DNA from: Tubiluchus corallicola
Lineage: Eukaryota > Animalia > Priapulida
Length of the DNA: 34,810 nt
Reading direction: 5' to 3'
NCBI GenBank assembly: GCA_030141605.1
Contig: JAQGDQ010001558.1
Coordinates: forward strand, 1-34,810
Shown here: in pieces, positions 11,111-23,488 of the stretch
How positions within the stretch are numbered: position 1 is the stretch's first letter
How the letters are laid out: each line of letters opens with the position of its first letter
Made by a program: the position numbers and the translations under genes
Notes under the pieces: model-generated
The model's database searches: none
Seen by the model: only the letters and a program-made list of their open reading frames with translations
Told to the model about the DNA's origin: nothing

Positions 11111-11690
11111 ATCTTTATTTGCCATTAAAATACATTGATAATCACTGAAATAAAGACTTTACAGAGATGATCAATCAGTGTTAGTTTACTAAAAACTTAA
11201 AGTGCTAAAGGCAAATGCGTCAGTGCAATCTAAACTACTGTACAGTAACGATAAGTAATGACGAACGAAAATAAAACGTATTTACAATTATTTACAATGA
11301 TTAAAAATATGATTTGTTTAATTATAGCTGTGGGTATAGAAATTCTGAATGGCTGCATATGTTGTCGTACTGGCGTGATGGTATTTCATGTCTGAATAAT
11401 ATTAATGATTTTAATTTTGCTTTAGATGCTGATAGGGACCTGATTTGTTTAACCTGTAATGGTAGAGAATTCCAACGTAGAAATGCTTGCTTGATTATAG
11501 AGTTCGTTCCATAGTGGGTATTTGTCCTAATTTGTTTTAGATTACTTGTTCTGGAATTGACTACAGGATTTGGAAAAAAAGTTAAATCTGTTATTTTGAA
11601 ATGGTGTACTGATGTTGTTAATGTAATATATAAACAGCTGAGTAAAATATTCTTTGTGTGCTTCAATGATTGGAAGTTTTTCTTGAGTTA
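11080..11690 (-). mobile_element. 3-prime fragment of a non-LTR retrotransposon (CR1/L2-like) with (AT)n tail
   Basis: ORF 11322..11666 contains RTNTHYGTNSIIKQAFLRWNSLPLQVKQIRSLSASKAKLKSLIL, the WNxLP...K..LK C-terminal signature of CR1/L2 ORF2. It is followed by aataaa and a simple-repeat tail at 11080..11120. Confidence 0.75.
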
Positions 11691-11831
11691 GTTGTTGAAG
11701 GTTTGAATTTTTACCTGTCTTACGTGTTGTACGAGTACACAGCTATCAATCCCAACAAAATTAAAATCGCCTCGTCTAGCGCGATGTAGAGAAGGCAACT
11801 GGCGCCATCTAAGTTTAAAATCAGAAGTTAC

Positions 11832-11926
11832 CTGTTCACGGAGCGAGTCTTTATTGAGACTAATCATATGTTCTATGTGGGAGTGAAATTCCGCCACTTT
11901 GGTGAGATTTGTACCCAGTAAATTTT
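11832..11926 (-). CDS. fng: Fringe exon 6 (FHSH motif)
   Basis: ttttag|AA NLLGTNLTKVAEFHSHIEHMISLNKDSLREQ|gtaac; 95 nt, phase 1 to 0. Confidence 0.95.
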
Positions 11927-12111
11927 CTAAAAAAATGTTATAACAGTGTGAAAAATAGACAACAACGTTAAAACATTGAAACAGTGAGAAAGTGCACTAA
12001 AATAATGCGAAAAATGTATAAAAGTTAAAGTATGCAAAAAACTTAAAAACGAACGTGAAATCATTATTAAAATTTCAAAATCATTATAATAATTAATAAA
12101 TTAATAAAAAA

Positions 12112-12505
12112 AAGTCATGAGAACAATAGGAAAAACCATGTGATAACGCTAAAACAACTAGCACGCCATGAAAACAATAGGAAAAACAATGTAATAACAC
12201 CGAAACAACTTACAAGCCATGAAAACAATAGGAAAAATAATGTGACAACACGTCGAAACAACTTAAAAGCCACGAAAACAATAGGAGAAACAATGTGACA
12301 ACACGTCGAAACAACTTAAAAGCCATGAAAACAATAGGAGAAACAATGTGACAACACGTCGAAACAACTTAAAAGCCACGAAAACAATAGAAAAAACAAT
12401 GTGATGACGTCGAAACAATTTAAAAGCCATGAAAACAATAGGAAAAACAATGTGTCGACGTCAAAACAACTTAAAAGCCATGAAAACAATAGGAAAGACA
12501 ATGTG
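12112..12505. repeat. ~50-54-bp minisatellite, 7-8 copies
   Basis: Unit aaagccatgaaaacaataggaaaaacaatgtgacaacacgtcgaaacaactta. Confidence 0.93.
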
Positions 12506-13025
12506 ATTTACAATAATAAGTTATTAGTTATTTTTATACTACTATAAGTTAGCTAGCGAGTTATCTGCATTACAATATTGCTTTATTATAAAAATATTTT
12601 AAATTAATTTTAATAAAAATATATGTCGATGTAAAACAATTGTCTTGATGTTCTTTTTTAATACACGCAAAAAACACAAACAATATATCAGTTCTGTTTT
12701 GTATCACAGGCTCATACGGTGTGGTTCAAAAAGAATAACACATTTTCATGTCACTGATTTAACATGCTGGTTACATTAAATTTAACCAGATGGTACATGT
12801 AGTTTATTAATAAAGCGCCCGCTTTCCTCTGGCAGGTCGTGAGTTCTATACCAAGGACTATCCTACCTATGAACTGCTGTTGCCCTGCCTGGAACGTGGT
12901 ATTTGGGGTGAAAACAGGGTAAAAATAATCTCCATTATGTAGTTTAGAAATGTTATTTACAGTCGGTGATACAAGCTGTTTGAGTTTATGTTAATTATTT
13001 ATCCAAATACCAACTTTAAATAAAA

Positions 13026-13281
<256 letters not shown>

Positions 13282-13632
13282 ATCTCTAAAGATGAAAAAT
13301 GGTATCAATTTCTCACTCAGGTTTTAGCTACTTCAGTGATGTATGAGAAACGAAAATAGAAATGAAAACTAAACAACATTGTTCAAGTAACGATTTGTGG
13401 ATGAAGCTTTTCTAAAGTAAACTTCTTATGAACAAAGTAACAGAAGATAAAAAGTAGAAAAACGATAAAACAATGAAAAACACTTATGAAGTGCTGAACT
13501 GATGCATCATCGAATTTCAAAGCAAAACCATCTCAGCTATGGCTTACTTGAAAACGTGCAGACATTCCACAAAGTATTTTTAATCTTCAAATCTCCTGAG
13601 GAGCTGAAGCATCATAGTTTATAGAACCTTAC

Positions 13633-13703
13633 CTATGAGGTAACCAAGCGCGACGTCATCAGGGTAACCCAGGTTAATACAGTGACGTACAATTTTTTTT
13701 TCA
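13633..13703 (-). CDS. fng: Fringe exon 5 (PDD catalytic motif)
   Basis: tttcag|T EKKIVRHCINLGYPDDVALGYLI G|gtaagg; 71 nt, phase 2 to 1. Confidence 0.94.
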
Positions 13704-14076
13704 CTGAAAAACAATGCAAAAGAAATTGAATATTGTTTCAGTATATACAAATTAAATGGCTTATATATGTACTGCTCAAAATTCTTCAACAACAATTTGC
13801 CCCTAAAAGCCGCATGGCACTAAGGAAGAGTTGCATTGATTTTAAGGGAAGGTAAAAAGTTGATTGAATCATTGATGTTAAAACAGTAGAATATTTCTAC
13901 ACCTTTGCAAGGACAAGATATCAACGAATTGGTGAACAGCGAAGTAGATAAACACGCATGCACACATGCATACGCACATGTGCACGTACGCACACACGCA
14001 CATTCATTCAAGCACAGCCAGCTTATTCCACCAAAACGCAAAATAAACGCAAAACAGCCAAAACAACTGAGCTTAC

Positions 14077-14162
14077 CGCATATGAGGATTCAGCCTTAAG
14101 ACGAGTGGACGGCTGAGACAATATCCAGCTCCCCCAGTAGCAAACCAGAAACCGTTTACACT
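14077..14162 (-). CDS. fng: Fringe exon 4
   Basis: ttttag|SVNGFWFATGGAGYCLSRPLVLRLNPHM CG|gtaag; 86 nt, phase 0 to 2; hallmark FWFATGGAG. Confidence 0.97.
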
Positions 14163-14474
14163 CTAAAAACACACAGAAATGAAGAAAGTTAAATTTACGC
14201 GAAAATTATGGTCTATGAGTAAAGCATTCAGCAGTAGATTTACCAAGCTTCAGGATCAACTTCACAAAACAGTCAGCTTTATTACTTGGCCACATGACTG
14301 CTACATGGTGGTGACATCTATTGTTAATTAAATCACTTATCTACAACTATATTCCATTTATCGTTATTCTTAACGTAAGCGCTGCCTAATTATTATAACC
14401 ATAATACTAAAATTATTATTAATGTTGGTTACAAACCCACTATTAGTTAAATTCCGATAAAAGTTGAAAGACAA

Positions 14475-14585
14475 GAAATGTGAAAACTTGGGATGTAATC
14501 TGGATTTGAACCAGAGACCTTCTGCACAAATAAGCGGGTGGTGCCTGGTTCAAATCCAAACTCCATCCCAACTTTTTCACATTTC
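14475..14585. mobile_element. Fold-back (MITE-like) element with tRNA B-box-like arms
   Basis: About 40-bp imperfect arms gaaatgtgaaaacttgggatg...tggatttgaaccag / ctggttcaaatcca...catcccaactttttcacatttc. Confidence 0.7.
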
Positions 14586-14848
14586 CTGCCAATTCAAGTT
14601 TTATTAACTGTGGGTTAGTAACAATCATTAAACACTTCCTCTTCCATGTCTGAAAATATAACAAAAATGAATATCAAGTCTTTAGAATTTCCAAAATGCC
14701 TGAATTCCTGTTGTTTTGTCAGCTTCTCTCACTACATGTAGTTTGTACATTTCCTGTTAAAGCAGGGCACACGGTTTTCACGTTTCCGGTTCCTGTCAGA
14801 ATTCTTTATCAAAATGTTTGCTTACGGTTCAAGATTCAGTGGTCTTAC

Positions 14849-14990
14849 CGTTTGGTCTCTGGAAATGTTCATTTTATGTGAGGTAGATGTGCGTCCCAGA
14901 TAGTGGTCCTTGGTGTGGTCTCGTTGAGACAAAAACTCGACTAGACGCGGGACGTTCACGTAGTTATCATCATCAAAATGACAAAACCAT
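14849..14990 (-). CDS. fng: Fringe exon 3 (DDD metal-binding motif)
   Basis: ttctag|[48 protein letters not shown]|gtaag; 142 nt, phase 2 to 0. Absent from the ORF track. Confidence 0.97.
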
Positions 14991-15036
14991 CTAGAACAGA
15001 CAATCTGTTAGGCACTTCAGTAATTTATTGCATTCA

Positions 15037-15430
15037 TATTGTATTGTATTGCAGTATATTGTATTGTATTGTATTGTATTGTTTTGCATTGCATTGCATT
15101 GCATTGTATTGAATTGAATTGTATAGCACTGTATTGTATTGTATTGTATAGCACTGTATTGTATTGTATTGTATTGTATTGTACAGCACTGCATTGTATT
15201 GTATTGTATTGTATTGTATTGTATTGTATTGTATTGTATTGTATTGTATTGTATTGTACTGTACTGTACTGTACTGTACTGTACTGTACTGTACTGTACT
15301 GTACTGTACTGTACTGTACTGTACTGTACTGTACTGTACTGTACTGTACTGTACTGTATTGTATTGTAAGGTAATGTATTGCATTATATTGCATAGTATT
15401 GCATTGTATTGTATTGTATGGATTGTGTTG
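15037..15430. repeat. (TATTG)n/(TACTG)n pentanucleotide microsatellite
   Basis: Pure TACTG core at ~15257..15356 flanked by TATTG and CATTG variants. Confidence 0.97.
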
Positions 15431-15609
15431 CATTCGTAATTTGCTTACTGGTAGTACTAAAAAAGTAAGATATTTTTACAAAGTACATTGCAATTAACAA
15501 TTCTAAAAAAGTACAAAGCACTTCTAAGATGTTATATGATTAGTACCATAATGTTATAAGCGATAATAATTGTTGTTAGCAATGTTCAGATGATACTATG
15601 TTCAGATGT

Positions 15610-15822
15610 GGTCAAAATCTCCCGAAGTATTGCTCTTTTTAAACGTCAAATTAAAACATCTTTATTCTTAGAAGGTTTTTAACTCTTTGTTTTTAATCTG
15701 TTTCTGTATAACGTTAATCTTTTAACTGCGTTCTTTAAAATATGATTCGTGATTTTTGTGCATTTTGTACGCCAAAGAGCACTTTACACGGACTTTAGGC
15801 AATAAAATTATTATTATATATA
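15610..15822 (+). mobile_element. Short LINE (L2/CR1-like) 3-prime remnant
   Basis: Reads SIALFKRQIKTSLFLEGF*, resembling the FK..LKT.LF ORF2 terminus, then a T-rich UTR and an aataaaattattattat tail. Confidence 0.55.
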
Positions 15823-16311
15823 TGCGATGGATTCCCAACCCAGGCCGCCAAAGCAACTAGTATGGGTCTCATTACACGATAAACTCAAATATAAGAAATG
15901 AAAATCATTATTAGCGAGCATATAGCGAAGAATCATATTAATCACTTCGTTTTATCATTTTCTAATCATGTATTTTGTAAATTACATTTCCCATTCCAAA
16001 TCGCGTTTATATATAAGTTGCTTGGAGCCTTAGGACTCTGGGCTAAAATGAAAATGTTGAGAATTCCTGGTAGCTACAGGAGATTTCTAACCTGCCCAAT
16101 AGGTGGCAGTAAAGAGTGATTACTACTACAGTCCCGCATATATAGACACTCTAATTAGCATGATTTATTGGTATGTGACGTAAAAGAAATATAAACAAAC
16201 AAGTAAAAATAAATAAACAAATAAAAGGAAAAATCAAAAGCACAGTTAATGGATGAATTATAATCTTCCGTTCAGGGCAGAACTCAGCTAACGAATGTTT
16301 ACTTCTCACAG

Positions 16312-16398
16312 TCTCTCTGTGTCCTTCCCCCTTTCTCTGTCTGTCTGTCTCTCCCTCCTCCATCTCTCTCTCTCCTCTCTCATACACCCTCTTTCTCT

Positions 16399-16431
<33 letters not shown>

Positions 16432-16661
16432 TCTGTCTCTCCCTTCCCCCTCTTTTTCCTCTCTCATACACCCTCTTTCTCTTCCCCTCTCTTCCTATCT
16501 CTCTCTCTCTCTCTCTGTCTATCTCTCCCTTCCCCCCTCTCTCCTCTCTCACGCACCCTCTTTCTCTCTCCTCTCTCTCTTTCTATCTCTCTGTCTCTCC
16601 CTTCCCCCTCTCTCTCCTCTCTGATGCACCCCCTTTCTCCCTTTGTCACACCCTCTCTCTC
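16312..16661. repeat. CT-rich low-complexity tandem repeat
   Basis: Polypyrimidine tract with recurring ctctcatacaccctctttctct units. Confidence 0.92.
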
Positions 16662-16695
16662 AATTCCATACCTATCAAAGACAACTCAGACTTAC

Positions 16696-16850
16696 CGGTG
16701 TGTGGCTTGCAAAAAGGTTTCTAACTCGACTCCTGTCTTGCAGCAGAGATCAACTGGACGATGACTAGAACCACAATGAGTGTTGATCACATGAAGAGAA
16801 GGTATCACATCAGCAACATCAGAAGCATCACTGTCGGTAAACACATACGT
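16696..16850 (-). CDS. fng: Fringe exon 2
   Basis: ttgcag|TYVFTD...VINTHCGSSHRPVDLCCKTGVELETF...CG|gtaag; 155 nt, phase 0 to 2. Confidence 0.96.
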
Positions 16851-17431
16851 CTGCAACATAAAAAAGGATATGATAATGTTATTACAATTAACGTCATCGT
16901 CGTCAACATCATCATAATTGTCGTCATCATCCTTATCACCACCACCATCATCATAATTAATGGTTGTCAACAAAACAAATTTTAGTCTTTATAAAGTTAG
17001 GGACATGCTGATTCAATAAAAGCCTCTAGTCTAGAGAAAGCACACTAGAAGCAACACGGAGTTTGGGAACTGGACTTTAGGAAGTCATGCTACGCCTATT
17101 CAGCCTGTTTAAGTTTTGTTCAGGTCATAGCGACAAATTGGGTCAGTACTTTATTTATCACCAGCACGCAAGATGTTGCCCAACCTCTTGACTGACGTGA
17201 TTGAATACAGGGGAGTGCCCAACAAAAACTTGCGAATTCATTTATACGCAGCAGGTCATATAGCATGAGAACACATTAACATCACTGCAGAGATATACAG
17301 GAACAGACGATAGAAAGTATGGCCAGCATATGTACAATGTGTTCATTTCGACTCGCGTGTGTTTACAAAGCATGCCTGTGAGATCATTGAAATGTGTAAC
17401 ATCAAGATAACACCCACGCTGCCACGCTGCC

Positions 17432-18093
17432 ACAGTGCTACTGTTCCTGCCACTGTTCCGACGAGGCAGCAATAATGACTAATACTGCTAGCATAAATCA
17501 GTGCTACTGTTACTGCCACTGTTCCGACGAGGCAGCAATAATGACTAATACTGCTAGCATAAATCAGTGCTACTGTTACTGCCACTGTTCCGACGAGGCA
17601 GCAATAATGACTAATACTGCTAGCATAAATCAGTGCTACTGTTACTGCCACTGTTCCGACGAGGCAGCATTAATGACTAATACTGCTAAGCATAAATCAG
17701 CGCTACTATTACTGCCACTGTTCCGCCGAGGCAGCAATAATGACTAATACTGCTAGCATAAATCAGTGCTACTGTTACTGCCACTGTTCCGACGAGGCAG
17801 CAATAATGACTAATACTGCTAGCATAAATCAGCGCTACTGTTCCTGCCACTGTTCCGCCGAGGCAGCAATAATGACTAATACTGCTAGCATAAATCAGTG
17901 CTACTGTTACTGCCACTGTTCCGACGAGGCAGCAATAATGACTAATACTGCTAGCATAAATCAGTGCTACTGTTACTGCCACTGTTCCGACGAGGCAGCA
18001 ATAATGACTAATACTGCTAGCATAAATCAGTGCTACTGTTACTGCCACTGTTCCGACGAGGCAGCAATAATGACTAATGCTGCTAGCATAAAT
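17432..18093. repeat. 66-bp minisatellite, ~10 nearly identical copies
   Basis: Unit gccactgttccgacgaggcagcaataatgactaatactgctagcataaatcagtgctactgttact; one copy has a 1-bp insertion near 17688. Confidence 0.97.
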
Positions 18094-19009
18094 GACACAA
18101 AAATTGTTTATTAAGGAAGAATTCTCGTATTTTTTCTACAATTCGCCCCATTCAAGATCAATTGCTGCTCGGGTTAAGGGGTTAAATAATAGAAAGATTC
18201 AAATATATATATATAAATGCTTTGTTTTACAAACATAAACACAAGTACAATTAACAAATCACACACAATAAACAATGCATACAGGATTTTTGAGACATGC
18301 TTTAAAATTCCCGTTTCTTCTTTTAAATTTCAACATTATGAACCTTTTTGTATTAAACTTATTAGCACACTGTATTTTTAGAGACTGCTACCCACTAACG
18401 ACAGTAACCTTCATCTGTATAATCACGTGACAAACTGGCCAACAAGACCTCCAGTAATCTAGACAAAAAGTCAAAATTACAAAGAAAACAACAGAACGAA
18501 GTTGCTGAACATTCTAATAAAATGAACGCAATATGTTGTCAGCTGACAAAAAACAAGTAGCTTCATGACGGCGTGTGAGGCCCAAGCATCAGCAGCAACA
18601 GGAAACAGTCACATCTTGTGGTCCCACATTAATGAGTTTGAATGCACGTGGACACACACGGCTAATGACCAATATTACCTACATGTGGACATCAAATACC
18701 CACCATATGTACGTATGAAGAGCAGGAAAGAATGTTAGAAATGTGCGCTCGATGGGAAGGTCGAGACCATCCCGAATTTAAAATAATATACAAACACAGA
18801 CAGACTGACACACGTCCAGGTTGAGCAGATTGATGCTTGTGCAGTAAAAATCAATAATTGTAAGAAATATTGAACAGGACTCAATAGGCAATAACAACAG
18901 CCACAAAAGCAGCTGCCACAAACACAATAACAAGAACAGCTGTAACAGCAAAGACAACTACAGCAGCAACGTTACCAAAACGTCAACATAAAAATTACTG
19001 ACGATAAAA

Positions 19010-19042
19010 ATGATGATGTTGTTGTTAATGCAGTTGTTGTTT

Positions 19043-19074
<32 letters not shown>

Positions 19075-19150
19075 GTTGATGATGATGACGTTGTTGCTGT
19101 TCTTGTTGTTATTCCTTGTGGTGGTTTTGGTGTAGTTACTGCTGCTGATA
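19010..19150. repeat. Degenerate (GTT/GGT/GAT)n trinucleotide tract
   Basis: Direct inspection. Confidence 0.85.
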
Positions 19151-22100
19151 TTGGTCTCGTCGTCATAGATATTGTAGTTTTTGATGTTACTTTTAAATTT
19201 GTTGTTCTCATCGTCCTTAATGCAATCGCTGTAGTGGTTACCAACATCGCTATTGTCGCTGCAGTTTTTTTATTTATTTATTTATTATTATTTTCACATT
19301 CAGTACAATATTATGACATTAAGCACACAGTGACATCAAAATTATTACATCTACTATATTAAATTGTTATGTTTCATACACTATCGTTATCATAAAAGAA
19401 TAATTGTACTGCAATGGGCTAGAGAAGCAAAGGCTTGTATAGGTCCACTGTCATGTGAACCTGATAAAAAAATGGATGAGTGAACAAAAAAAAAACTGGG
19501 AGAAAGGTTAGATCACACAGGAAGGGTAGAAGGATGTGTTAGTGGAAATGGTAGGAAGAAAGATAATAGATTGCGCTATGTTGCAGTTCTATTCTGATAA
19601 CAATGCTATTTTTCCGGAGTTGCATTGCTGAATTATTTAACGATTGTGTGATCGAGACGTGGAAGCTCTGCAGCGGAACAACCTTGACAAGTCATGCAGC
19701 ATCCTCTAATTAAGTGCAATTGCAGGTATAATCGTAGAATCACTGAACTGGAAATCAATTTAACTTTGGAGAATTACGTTCTAATTTCTCTCAATTCTTT
19801 CTAGTTTTTCTGTCTGTGTTTTTCAAACAATTTAATCCATTCGAGGCTCACAAAAAAAAGAAAAAAAATTTGAACCCTTTCACACAATGTCCATGCCAGG
19901 ATATAAATCTTAGCCACTACAATAAAGCTTTGTTTTTCACCATTGTACCTAAGAGTCGTAAATGTCAAAATTTCACAAAAGCCTCATAAATTTGAGAGTG
20001 TAAAACTCGAGCCCCTGGCGGGCGTTCGTGTTGATTAAGCTTATTAAGTTTTGCATGACAAGAGGGCACACTCGAGTGGCGTCCGTTGCACGATACCCTG
20101 GGGGGCTGCAACACAACAGGTGTTACACGCTTGCTTCAGTGATCGCTACAACAGGAAACAGCAACTTCCTCAATAAAGCGACGCCGCCGAGCTAATTAAG
20201 AATTTGTCTGAAAGAGTTGTGGTTTCGTTAACCTCCAAGTTCAACAAGATGAACAACATGATGAACAACATGATGAGCAACACACTAAAGGCAAGAAAAC
20301 ACATTTACGTAAATGTCAGCAGCAACATATCCAAATTAAAAATCACACACCACACAAACCTGGTTCCAAATTTGTAATAGGTGAAAAATAATTGCACAAC
20401 TTCCAATAGCACAAAAACGATGAATTAACACTTGTTTAGATTGGTGTTTAATAAGTAAGGTTAAAAACTATATAGTACCATTAAATTTTTAGCTAAGAAA
20501 AGTAAATTTGTGAAACTGATATTAAGTTTGCTTTTAATTTATTCTTTTGTTTTATCATAGCTCAATTTGGTCTTCAACTGGGCCTTACAATTAATGTTAC
20601 GTCACGGCATTAATTACAACAAACTCTTCCGTTAACTGTATAAATATCGTACAACATAATTTTTAAATTAAAGCTTTTATATACGTACTTTTACATCTAG
20701 GATTTTCCACATTTACACGTACAACAGGAAAAACGTGTGTTTCTACTACTTTGCTGTTTGATTGGCAAAATTTTACTCTGACAGCTATTACTAACAATAT
20801 CACCGCAACTTATGTAGAAGTTCTACACCTGCTGTTATAATGAGAACTGCACAAGTGTTCAAAACTAACTTCAACATGTAATCTTCATAGTACATGTAAT
20901 CAACTACACATGTGGTACAAGTTGCCGAGTACAGTGTACAATACTCCTTTGTTTCCTAGTGATACCAAACCACTCATGATTTTAGCCATATGGGCATCAA
21001 CTCAGCTATTAATTCCATCAACTCTGAGCCGCGCTACCATAAGAGTGACGAAGTTAAGTGGTAAATAATTGTTTCATGAATTTTAACTTGTAATTTCCAG
21101 CCATCTGCTGCAGTATGAGCGCTTCATAACTCACATCTCTATTGGGAAAGAGAATAATGGGTAGGCGACTAAATAACTAGTATTTCAATTTATTATCATC
21201 ATGCATCCTTAAATCATAAATATTAAAATATTTTTTTAAAATATCGAAAATCATTTTCTACCAAAGTAGAAGTAAACTAAGAATAATACGTAAAGTAAGT
21301 CACATCATTAGAAAACCTCATTCTGTATCTTTTTAATAATTGCCAGGCAAATTACAGGTTAAAATAATACGTTACCTGATTTCGAAAATTATAGACCTAT
21401 TTGTAATTAATAACAATAAACAATACACTTCAACAGTTGTACGGAATCAACGCAATATACTTATTTATGGGAAAAACATCTTTAACTATTTGTGGTGTGC
21501 TGCTAGCAATCCAATTATGTACAGCAACTGTATTTGATAGCTCTGTCAATGGCAGTAGATAAAATGGTAATTTTGTTTTACATTTCAGCGAGAAACTCGC
21601 ATTACAGTTTTTTGAATGACGCACTAAGCCGACAACCTGATCTGCGTAAGTAAGAATCAAATTTTTATTACTTGGAAACAGAGCAGTTTTCCAAGTCAAG
21701 TTTTCCATATGGCTTAGAAAAAGAGATAATAACGATAACCCAAACTCTTGCATAATCAATTGTCAATAACAAAAATATTTAATAACAGTAAATCTAAAAA
21801 AAAGACTCTAATCCTGTAACTGCTTGTAGCGTGCTAGGTGGTAACGATACAACATCCAACTCTACCATGGTAAGAATTCAAATTCTTCGGTAAAAAGCGT
21901 AAGCTGACGTTTACTAGAAAGCATTCTGGAAAAAACTGTGAACAATTTCGTCTTCTCTTTTCGCAGCCTGCATTCGAATCAGCCTCAAACCGAAACCGAA
22001 ACCCAAGCAAACAAATAAGTGCTTTTCGGGCAGCTTGCAAAGTCTGTGTGCTCAACTTTGGCGCTGTTTCCTGCGCAAACACAGACAGGTGCGAAGACTT

Positions 22101-22599
22101 AGCGTCTATTCTACCTCCCAATCCAAGGAAAACAGCAGCTCACAATAATGCTTTGTGTGTTTGGAGGTTGTCCACAAAATAAGACGATTTCGCTCACCCA
22201 GTCAACACGCGAGAGCATTGTGAAGCATCATAATGGTTTTATGATGCCCTTCGACCACATTCTCATTTAAATTCGAGCGAAAGAGTTACACGCCCGTTTA
22301 AATTTTATGAAAATCCAGTAAACATCATTAATGAAATTTTCCCAGATTGAACAAACATCGTTACGATTTTCCCCTTTTTAATCGGCTAGTTACTTTCAAA
22401 TTTGTATGTTTGCAAGCTGTGATTAAAGATAGGAAAGACGATGACTCAGATAAACACGAGAAGGTGCAAATAAATGAAAGTGAAGCTTTGCCTAGAGCAG
22501 CTTACACAGTATTCTAACACTGCATGGTAAGTCAATGCAATGAATGCATACATCAGTTCATCCAAAAATGCTTTTGCGTACTGTATGAATACGTTTGTC

Positions 22600-22762
22600 G
22601 TGAATACGTTTAGCATAAGGTCTTCAATCAACAAATGTGCTTTCATAACATTTTGCATATTCACTGTAGTAGATATATGAACCTAGAGCAAAAATTTCCC
22701 CAGAGATAGTTTTCCAGGTGGTCACCCACTTAATTACCGATCAAGTTCAGCATTGTTTAATT
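22600..22762 (-). mobile_element. 5S-derived SINE-like copy (inverted partner of 23315..23488)
   Basis: Reverse complement aligns with 23315..23488; 5S-like head aagtgggtgaccacctggaaaactatc. Confidence 0.6.
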
Positions 22763-23314
22763 GCAATCGCACACTCGTGCACGTAGTTATTTGTTACAAG
22801 TTAATTAGCTTTGCATCATATTCATAGGAAAAATCTAATTACCGGGGCATCTAATTAACTTGGCTGCAACTAGACTAGTGCAGAGTAAATTTTAACGATA
22901 GGTAACTGCAACTTACTACTATTTTGCATAGGATATATAATTGTCATTGGTGATATCGAAATAGGTAAATTTCGCGCTTAATTATACTATCAAAGTCTAT
23001 ACCCAAGCAATACTAACTTACCCAGGTGTACGTTATATAGCGATACAGAACTCTTTGGAGAACCAAAGTCACAGAGAAGAATAATGAAGAAAAAGAAGAA
23101 GAAGAAGTCACAGAAATAAGAAGTAAATTCATTTTGGCACCTGTTGAATGTGTCACTTCTTTTGCACATTGCCACGTTGGTTCAAATCTTAATGTAAATC
23201 TAATCTCCGCATCTTGTCATTCTAGATTATTTCATCATCTTTACACCTGATTTTATCTTGCACCTCCTGCGTTCTTGTTAGTCCACATTGCCTATCCATA
23301 TCATACAAGTTCCA

Positions 23315-23488
23315 GAACTTAAGCAATGTTGAACCTAATCGGTAAGCAAGTGGGTGACCACCTTGAAAACTATCTCTGGGAAGTTTTTACCCTTAATCAT
23401 ACACAGCTACTACAGTGAACTGGATATATGCAAAATGTTATTAAGACACATTTTTTGATTAAGGATCGTAAGTTAAAAGTATTCATGA
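23315..23488 (+). mobile_element. 5S-derived SINE-like copy
   Basis: gaacttaagcaatgttgaacctaatcggtaagcaagtgggtgaccaccttgaaaac parallels the 5S A-box to C-box region; body is shared with 22600..22762. Confidence 0.6.

Noticed and set aside
14821-14848. Alternative Fringe exon 3 donor at 14825
   Set aside because: Would end in phase 2 and frameshift exon 4.
21834-22121. 95-aa and other short intronic ORFs in Fringe intron 1 as nested genes
   Set aside because: No recognisable motifs and no phase-consistent exon chain found by eye.
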